Below are positions 54,473 to 64,000 of a DNA stretch of 64,000 nt, piece by piece. Position 1 is the stretch's first letter. Every line of letters begins with the position of its first letter. The stretch is from Eledone cirrhosa. Its lineage: Eukaryota. The notes under the pieces were generated by a model. It saw only the letters and a list, made by a program, of their open reading frames with translations, ran no database searches and was not told the DNA's origin. The position numbers were made by a program, and so were the translations under genes. The DNA is taken from the NCBI GenBank assembly GCA_964016885.1, contig OZ024743.1, positions 12,152,001 through 12,216,000 of the forward strand, written 5' to 3'.

Positions 54473-56823
54473 TAAATTGACTGTGTGTTGGAGGAAATAG
54501 ATTAGCAAATATTGATTTCTGGATGAAAGGTAAAATCCCGATGGGATTTGATTAGTAAATCTTATCATAATTATGTAATTGCGTTGATATGTATATTTGT
54601 GACCGAACAAAACTCTCCTTCTATCATGGTCTTTAAACTTACACCACCCCACACTGCAACAGCCCCGTTGAGTAATGTACAAATGCCATTTTTCCTCTGC
54701 TCTTTAGTTCACAGTCATAAAATAGAAAGTGTAAGACAAACGAAGATAGAGAAAGCGGGAAAGACAAGCGAAAATTAGGAAAGAGCATGTTCGGAAAAGG
54801 TAGTCCTCTACATATACAAAACAAAAACGAGAAAATGTATATATGTTGTGTACCTGAATAATAACGGAAAGTATATACATCGTATGTAACTATTAAGTTA
54901 AATAAACCACATAATCAAACATGGCAGTGTGGGTTCGTATCATCCGCAAGCCATGAAGGTGGTTTTACTGGTTTAAGATAATTGATTCATTACACAGTTC
55001 TTATCTAGATTAGAGGCTAGGGAGTATTCGAGAGTCGATAAAAATGTTTTATTCGAAAGTTTGTACCGGTTTGAATCTCATTGGGGATGCAATACTAAGC
55101 TATTTCAATGCCTCTGTTTATCACGTCAGAATCCCTTTAAGAACTCTTTCGTATTCCATCTCTACCATTTTGTAGGAAATATACTGTTATTTAATTAGAT
55201 AAATCGCATCATCAAATATTTCGGTGCGAGACCCTGTCATTCGCACATGAAAATGCAGTTTACTCTTTTCATAACATTTGTTTACATATATATATATATA
55301 ACAGATACATACGCTCATGTATATATATTATATATAATAGCATAACCACTATCAGGAGGACAGCATTTCTTCTAGCATTAACGGTGATATAATCATGAAG
55401 TTATACAATTATCTATAACTGCCAGAAGCCGAAGAGCTTATGAGTTAGGAATATATGTTAAAACGTAGAAGCTGAAATAGAAATGTAATGTTAAGCAACT
55501 CAACACCAGGTACAACCAGCAACATAAATAACATACTCTTCCCACATAATGGTTTCTACTTTAGACAAAAGGCCAACAATTTGGGGAGAGGGAAAAGTCG
55601 ATTAAATCGACCCCAGTGTGAGACTGATACTTTATTTTATGACTCCGTAAGGATGAAAGGTAAAGCTAACCGCAAAGGGCCCTAGATCTATGCCACACAG
55701 CAGGGAGTCCGACGCTCTACCGATACTGTCAATCCATCGCCCAACCCTCATCACACACAATAAAACTGAAAATACAACTCAGAAACCGACACACTAATTA
55801 ATCAATATAAGATAGATGGATAACTATATTCAGCGAACCAATAAATGAATAAACATTTATATGCTCCGGCAATTACTCCTCCATAATGAAGTAATGATAT
55901 ATAGGTGATGTCTAGCCGACGATATAAAAAGTTAGAATAGAAAAGTAGAAAAACTCTTTTCTTTTTTTTTTTTGTTTGTTGTTTTTACAGAAGATCGTTG
56001 ATAGAATGTTAGTATTCACAGATAAAAACAAAAAATAAAAGAAGCTAAGTTAGAGATCGACCAAATCACTCTTAGACGCAACAAACTTTTTCAGATATGC
56101 CACATATAAATCAGATGCAATATATCAACCTGAAAGAATGTATATACTATAAAAAAAAAAAAAATTACAGGAGGAAAGAAATGCCCAAACAAAATTTAAA
56201 ATAAGAGACAGATCAGCTTCATTATCAGGTGTCCTCTGCTCTCAATACGTTGATTATGATGGTTTGCTCAAATGATGCCCTTGGTTAACTACAAGAATGT
56301 AAATGATGGTGTTCCAATCTATTTCGTGCTGTCTGGTATTCTGTAGTCAGATACCGCAAATCTGACGATAACGCCAGTCTGCTATTTTAGAAAGAATGAA
56401 AAACAAAGTTGACATCACCAGTATTCGAACTTAGATTGCAAAGAGCCGAAGTAAACACCGCAAGGCATTTCTCCCGACGCTCTAATACTTCTGTCAATTT
56501 GCCAAAGGATTTAACCTTAAAAGGATGTTTTGAATCTCAATTTTAGCCGAAGTACACAAACAGAATCTTCTTTAAACTACGTAAAATGATTAAGGAATAG
56601 TCTCAAGCAACTAAAAATAAAATTCCTAATGCAAAAATATCCTCCACCAAAGAATACGTACAAGTAATATCAGAAGGAATCCGGTTATATTAAAAAATAG
56701 AACAAACTATTCTTCATTAAAAGATTTTAAAAATGAAGATATTTCTATTGAGAAATAAATCAGAATAACTGAAACTCCTAAAATAAATACAACTCGCTTT
56801 CTCTATCTATGTATCTCTCTCTC

Positions 56824-56921
<98 letters not shown>

Positions 56922-57826
56922 AAACAGCAAGAAACAGCGACATACTGAGTGGCATCATGGAGAAAGACGAGAAATGTTTACAAGTAAGCTAAGAATAATC
57001 CTGTAAAGTTTCTTCACAACCACATAGGAAGATTTTCCATTGCATTGCCAAAAAAGACGACTAAGCATTAAGGAATAAGAAAGTTCAAAGCACCTAGTTA
57101 AAGTAACTGTAACACAGAAACCCAGTTAAGAAACAACTAAAAGCATCGAATATGCTCGCTCCTTGTCTACTGCTGTCCAAGCGAGAAGAGACAGCCACTG
57201 CATCTCCACGCTGAGAGTACGTTTGAGGCACTTTCTTTCGTATGTTAACGGTGCTGCAGGTAACTCCCTGTGGGGGATCTGGGACTGGAGCACTATTCAG
57301 CATCATAAATGTAAATGCCAATCATTTTTTGTTTTTGGTGAGGCGCTATATCGTGTCGGTGATAGTTAGGATATTTGTTTTGGTAGTGAGTTATATAAGC
57401 ATCTCGATGTATTCCACGGGTCTCAACAATTTTGTATATTTCTAAGAGTGAAAGCAACAAAATGTATTTGAAATTAAAGAAAAATAAAGCAGTTCTACTA
57501 ACATCATATTGGAAGAACTGCTGATTCTTCCAGAGTCGATTAAATAAAGTAAGAGTCAAGTACTAGGGTTATATAAGCGACTTTCTCCTCCCTCCAAACT
57601 GCTGACCTTGTGCCTAAATTAGAAACCATTGTGATTAGTGATTATCAGAATTTTTGGAGCATTGGTTAAATGCCTTGTGGTATTTGTTCTAATTTCAAAT
57701 CCCGTCTAGTTTTAATTATTTTATCGACACTTCCTGGATAAAATAAGACTGGGGCTTAAACAGCAACAACAACAATATGACCTATGCAATATAAAGATTG
57801 CCTTTTATTCACTCTTTATGTTCCAT

Positions 57827-58014
57827 CGGTGGATTGGCAGTATCGGTAGAGGGTCGGACGCCATGCTTTCCAGCATAGTTACGTCCCTTTACGGTCTGAG
57901 TTCAAATCCCGCCGAGATTAACTTTGCCTTTCATCCTTACGGGGATCGATAAAATAAAGTACCAGTAATGTACTGGGTAATTGCTGGCCTTGTGCCAAAA
58001 AGTGGAAACAATTA
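57827..58014 (+). mobile_element. tRNA-derived SINE family 1, reference-quality copy (others at about 16621-16760, 24310-24455, 50870-51025, 55550-55742, 59325-59442 and 61830-62035)
   Basis: A box TGGCAGTATCGG and B box GAGTTCAAATCC. The central GCCTTTCATCCTT...TCGATAAAATAAAGTACCAG is reminiscent of the Meta-SINE domain (from memory, unverified). Confidence 0.85.
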
Positions 58015-58549
58015 TATATTTGTCATGCCCTTTTTGGCAGCTAAGGACCGTCAGTATTGTTAGAGCGTCTGACGGACTGACAGCGATGTTTAGTTTCCTT
58101 CCTCTACTTTTTGTGTTCAAATACCGTCGAGGTCAAATTCTGGGGTCAACAATGTATAGTACCAGTTAAGTAGTGGTTTGAATAATATTGCTTTCAAGTA
58201 TTCTAGATGCAAATTGAATTATTATAGAGTATATTCCTTTAATATATTGATGTTCTGATTACCACATGGAAAATATTATATTTTATGCACAGACTGGTTT
58301 TTCACATGAAACCTCAAATAAACGCTGTGCACAGCTCCAAAAACCAATATCATTACTTTACATAATAATAATGACAATAATAATAATTTAATCGAATTCA
58401 TCTCACGTAATAAGAATAAACTATGATCTCTTCAAGACACATTCTCGTTGTAGCCACTTTAAAAATCAACGTTACCAATATTGAAAATGGAAGAGATTTT
58501 GTTGCGTTCTGTTTTTGCTGATTTTTTTTTTTCGTCTTTAATAAGGGAT

Positions 58550-58568
58550 GTGATGACAATGATGACAT

Positions 58569-58614
<46 letters not shown>

Positions 58615-58699
58615 AATTGTGATGATGACGATAATAATGATGATGATGATGATAATTGTGATGATGATGATGATCATGATGATGATGATCAAGATGATT

Positions 58700-58747
<48 letters not shown>

Positions 58748-58748
58748 G
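58550..58748. repeat. (GAT)n microsatellite
   Basis: Direct reading; it explains the poly-M/H/I ORFs. Confidence 0.97.
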
Positions 58749-59684
58749 TTGATTCTAAAACTTAGTACGGCATCAATGGTTGCCAATGGAATGTATGAAT
58801 GGCTATTTATACACATTGCTGATTCTTTTGATCTATCTATAACCAAAGTTTTAACTGCATTCTATTTATTCATCCATCCATTTCTCGTGAGTCCATCAAT
58901 GATTGACTTGGTTGGAAGAAAGATTTTAGTTTTGTTTTCGTTTTCTTGTTGTTTTTTTAATTTTGTGATAGAATGAGATAAGTATGGGTGTTAATACTGC
59001 CGGTTCGAGACAAATTTTACAAGCATGGAAATACATTTGGTAAAAGATGGTTGAATGTTTCGAGGGTAAGCCGAATGTATTGGCCTACTCTGACCATGCA
59101 CTTGTAGGCTGGAGAGCATAGAGAGGAGAAGGACATCTTCCGATGGTGCTCTTGGAGATAATGGGGTTTAGGATCTCTGGAGTTCCTAAGTTATTCATGG
59201 CTGGTTCTCTCCCTATTGGGTAATTTTATTATCTTTTTATCATTTTTACACATTTTATGTAAATTCCCACTACCCCTGTTTTTGTATTGCCCTTTATGTT
59301 TCGATCTTAGTGGTCAATATAGAAATAATTGTTTCTACTTTTAGGCACAAGGCCAGCAATTACCCAGTGCCTCAGATTGTAAAGGGACGTAGCTATGCTG
59401 GAAAGCATGGTGTCTGACCCTCTACCGATACTGCCAATCCACAATATAGAAATAATAAGCAGCAGCAGTAACAACCACAGCAGCAGTGATCAGCCACACT
59501 GCCGAGAATAAGAATTCCGACAACAGAATCACCACCAAAATATTCCCACCTGTCTAGAAAATTCGAACATACATACCCGTACTAACATACAGACAGGAAA
59601 CTCTTCCTTCTGTCACAGTCATCTCCGATTCGAAAACAACTAGATGGCCCACCCTTCTTCACACACACACAGACACACACACAC

Positions 59685-60189
<505 letters not shown>

Positions 60190-60404
60190 TTCCCGACTTG
60201 TATCGGGAGGTAAACACAGTTACATTGGGAGAGTATAGGCATTTTTTTTATTTCATGTAGAAATGACTTCAACAGTACTAGAACTGTTTAATTCGTATGA
60301 AATCATCAGGAATGTCCAAATGATTTTATACGAATGAGAAAGTTCTTGTCTTTTAAGAAGTAACTTCTATATAAAATATAAAATACACACATACACACAC
60401 ACAG

Positions 60405-60495
<91 letters not shown>

Positions 60496-60605
60496 GGAAC
60501 AAGTAAGACCCCACTTACTTGTTCCTATTACCCACTCTACTACCCTAAGTATTGAGTACTTTGGTGCGTTATGGTCCACCTGGTTCCTTACCACATTTCC
60601 TTCGT

Positions 60606-60684
<79 letters not shown>

Positions 60685-61143
60685 TGGGGGATTCGCAGCT
60701 GTATTTGTTGCTACTGAATGTCTATAGAAGTTTAGTTTAACAATACTTCGTCAAGTTCTCTGCTTTCCAACATACACAGAGACAAAGTCTGTATTATATA
60801 ATGTCGGACATTTTGTTTTATCATGGCCTTGTGCCAAAGTTAGAAATCATTATTTTCAAGAATTCAACAAAAGATTTATTGATGAACTTTGTATTTAAAT
60901 TCATAGATTTCCGAGTTTTTGATTTTTTTTTTTTTTTAATCTTATTCTCTCTTCTTCAATTATTACTCTCTTACTTATCAGCGAACAGCTTCTACCATTT
61001 AGATGATGAATTCCTGACACCTGCTCTACTCCAATCTCTGTTTCAATAAAGTATTGTAATATAAATCCATCCATACGTGCATAGGTATTTATCTATCAAT
61101 CAATCTATCTATCTATTTATCTATCTATCTGTCTGTCTATCTA

Positions 61144-61234
<91 letters not shown>

Positions 61235-61267
61235 ATCTATCTAACTATATATATATATATATATGTC

Positions 61268-61326
<59 letters not shown>

Positions 61327-62044
61327 AAGAGGGGAAGTGTGTGTGTGAGATAAGTGCGTGTACATGATAATTGAAATTGAAGAACTAGAAATACGTATAC
61401 GTCTATGGTTTTGTCTGTATATATATATACATATATATATGTGTGTGTGTGTGTGTATGTGTGTGTGCGTGCGTGTGTGTGTGTGTGTGTATGTGTGTGT
61501 GTGTGTGTATGTGTGTGTGTGTGTATGTGTGTGTGTGCATTTATCTTCAGTAAACATTTGATTTGAAGATCGACACCATACAGACTTAATGATTCTGTAA
61601 ATGTTCAATAAAACATCATTGCATTCACAACTCTCAGTTCTATTATATTCCAACTTGTTATAGTTTCGTCGGTAGCGATTACTGCCGTTGTTGTTTATGC
61701 TTGTTGTTCTTCTTCTTCTTCTAACGTGTTTACATTTTTCATTCTCCATATTCTTAGCTGTTCTGTTTTCTCATTTTACTACTACTGCTACAACTACTAC
61801 TAATACTACTACAACTAATAATAATAATAATTGTTTCTACTTTAGGCACAAGACCAGCAATTTGAAGGGGAGGGGAAAGTCGATTAGATCGACCCCAGTG
61901 TGTTACTGGTGCTTTATTTTATCAACCCGTATGGATGAAAGGCATAGCTAACCTCGGAAGGATTTGAACTCAGATCGTAAAGGAATGTAATTCTATGCGA
62001 TAAAGTATGTTGTCCAATGCTCTACAGATTCTGCCAATAATAAT

Positions 62045-62680
62045 ACCTGGAAGCTGTCCTCAACGCAGCTGTCTTCGGCCCCATCTTCTGAGGCTGAATC
62101 GCTGCAATACAGCAACATCTGTTCGGTGGTCAGAGTAAATGGCCACCTTTAGGAACCGTTTCAGATCGCACGCTCAGTCCATCAAGAGTACCCTCTCTCC
62201 TCCCTTCCGTACCTATTGACTCATGAGCCATTACACGGAAGTTGGATCTGTTGCAGGGCAACCCGCTGGAACAGGGCTGTGTCAGCATATGCGGACGACA
62301 TCACTTCCGGCACCTTCTTAGAAGAGTATGAAAGGTTGACGGGGGCAAAACTGAACCCGGAAAAGTCGATGGGTTTGCAGCTCGGCACCTGGAGAGGCAA
62401 ATCCATGCCATTGAACAGCGTCATCGGACGCTGGACCGACGGACTTCTGAAGTTGTTTGGGGTTTAGTTCGGACCGGACCTTCAGGTAGATAAGAACTGG
62501 AACGAGGTGACGAGTAGGGTGGCCACTTTCAACCAGAAATGGGCTATCTCTGAAAGGTCGGGGGAAGTTGCCGAACATGTACATCACGTCCGCTATATAC
62601 TACCACCTGATTGTTGTGCCTTGCCCCCGTTCGCGCCTCGCCAAATTGGAACGGCTCCTCTTCAAATTCTTGACTGTGGA
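62045..62680 (+). pseudogene. L1/Tx1-clade reverse transcriptase fragment
   Basis: SVVRVNGHL, RSVHQEYPLS (decayed QGCPLS), VSAYADDIT, YERLTGAKLNPEKS; stops and frameshifts. Confidence 0.85.
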
Positions 62681-64000
62681 GGATAGGTTTCGTTGGTGAC
62701 AGCGAGATGGTAATTTGTTCACAGATGGCTTTGATCACACTAAACAGATTACTGAGGAATTCGTGATCAGCTTCGTTTCAGTGATTTTATATAAGATTGA
62801 GATCGAGGGTTTGAGTGAGTCAGGATATTGGCCGGAAGCTTAATCAGAGATCATCGTCATGCACCATAGTCCATTTGACGGGTAAATGGTTATAAACGTA
62901 GAGTAGAATGATGCATTTTAAGATAACTTTAAACACTTCTTTATCCATGATAACCAGTGGTATGACGTATAAGACTAGGATCTGGAGCCAATAAACCTTC
63001 CCACAAGAGAACCTTTTCAGGAGAGAGCTGAGTCAGTACATTCATCTAACATACATCCTGTTGTCAAATACTAACCAATTGAACTTAGATTGATCTGTTC
63101 ACCTCAAAGACTATTCAGTAAGGGTGCCATGTATGGGAGTCCGAGCGAATTCGATGTACGCTTTATGGTTATTCATAAAAAATAAATAACTTTTTGCGAG
63201 TGACATGTTTATAGTTCGACTCTCTGATATCGTCTACGAATCGTTGTAACCGCTAGCCTGAGCCTGTGGTGCATAGCTAGACTATGTTAGATATTAACCA
63301 CTGTAAATCATAGAATGAATATCTTCTCTTGGAGATGTTTTCATGAATTCAGCACTCCTAGGGCGATCGTAGTAGCTGCCAGTATACATGAAAATTACAG
63401 TAGTCTTTACACAAGAAAAATGAAAACAAAGTGATGTTCTTGGACCAAACGCCATCCTCATGTTGATAGACAACGCAAGACTGCCGCGTAGTCGACACTT
63501 TTGCATCTGCAGCAAATACCAGAAACTATTAAAAAAATACTATGGACTCACATGAAATTACGGATTAAAATACATTTTGCAACTTTTAGCATGCTAAATT
63601 GCTAGGTAGAGGCTCATGACCCCCATATGTATTTCCCCAACTATTCTCTACCTCCGCTTAGCTGAGGACAATATTAACAGATTCAGACATGTAACCGTTA
63701 ATAAAATAAGAGACGAAAGTAGAAGGTCATTACTGTATCTAAGATTCTTAACACGCTTGATTCTTTATTTGGTATAACTATGCACGAGGTAGTTGAAGTA
63801 AGATGTTCATTTATTTATCTATTACTAGTCTGATGGTCTATTTAATTGTTTGTTTTATATTATACTTTATCATTTAACATTTCCTATTTCATGTAAATTT
63901 TCCGGTTCAAATTCGGTCTCTTCGTTTGTTTGATGGCCTCAACTAACATTTATGTGTTGTTTAAGTGTATGGTTCTGATGTAGTCTTATTTTAATATTTA

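Noticed and set aside
57094-57369. GC-richer unique segment with CAG|GTAACT donor-like site and short ORFs
   Set aside because: No recognisable protein motif, and the nearest ATG frame stops early.
57827-57915. tRNA gene
   Set aside because: A and B boxes are present, but spacing is extended, no cloverleaf is evident and it continues into a repeated SINE body.

Overview
This is a repeat-dominated, AT-rich animal genomic window. The microsatellite load and SINE content suggest a cephalopod such as Octopus, but that is inference. I could not support any host protein-coding gene; almost every [11 protein letters not shown] is a microsatellite read-through artefact. Recognisable elements are: a decayed Ty3/Gypsy (Mag-like) LTR retrotransposon (944-5247, minus), Penelope-like element (PLE) fragments (GIY-YIG and RT pieces), mariner relics, two non-autonomous Helitrons, R4/Dong-, CRE- and L1/Tx1-type LINE fragments, many tRNA-derived SINEs and MITEs. 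The main signal is RNA-structural. The window holds more than 20 hammerhead-ribozyme (HHR) motifs from roughly ten unrelated sequence families, nearly all in (TA)n tracts. Most lie in long fold-back palindromes with an asymmetric tail, the inverted pseudo-LTR layout of PLEs. One family forms a near-perfect tandem array of 468-bp units (24869-27648). Each unit has a canonical minimal type I hammerhead and each full unit an upstream octamer, which makes it a candidate retrozyme or circular-RNA-producing locus. All motifs were read by eye; no folding, alignment or database search was run.
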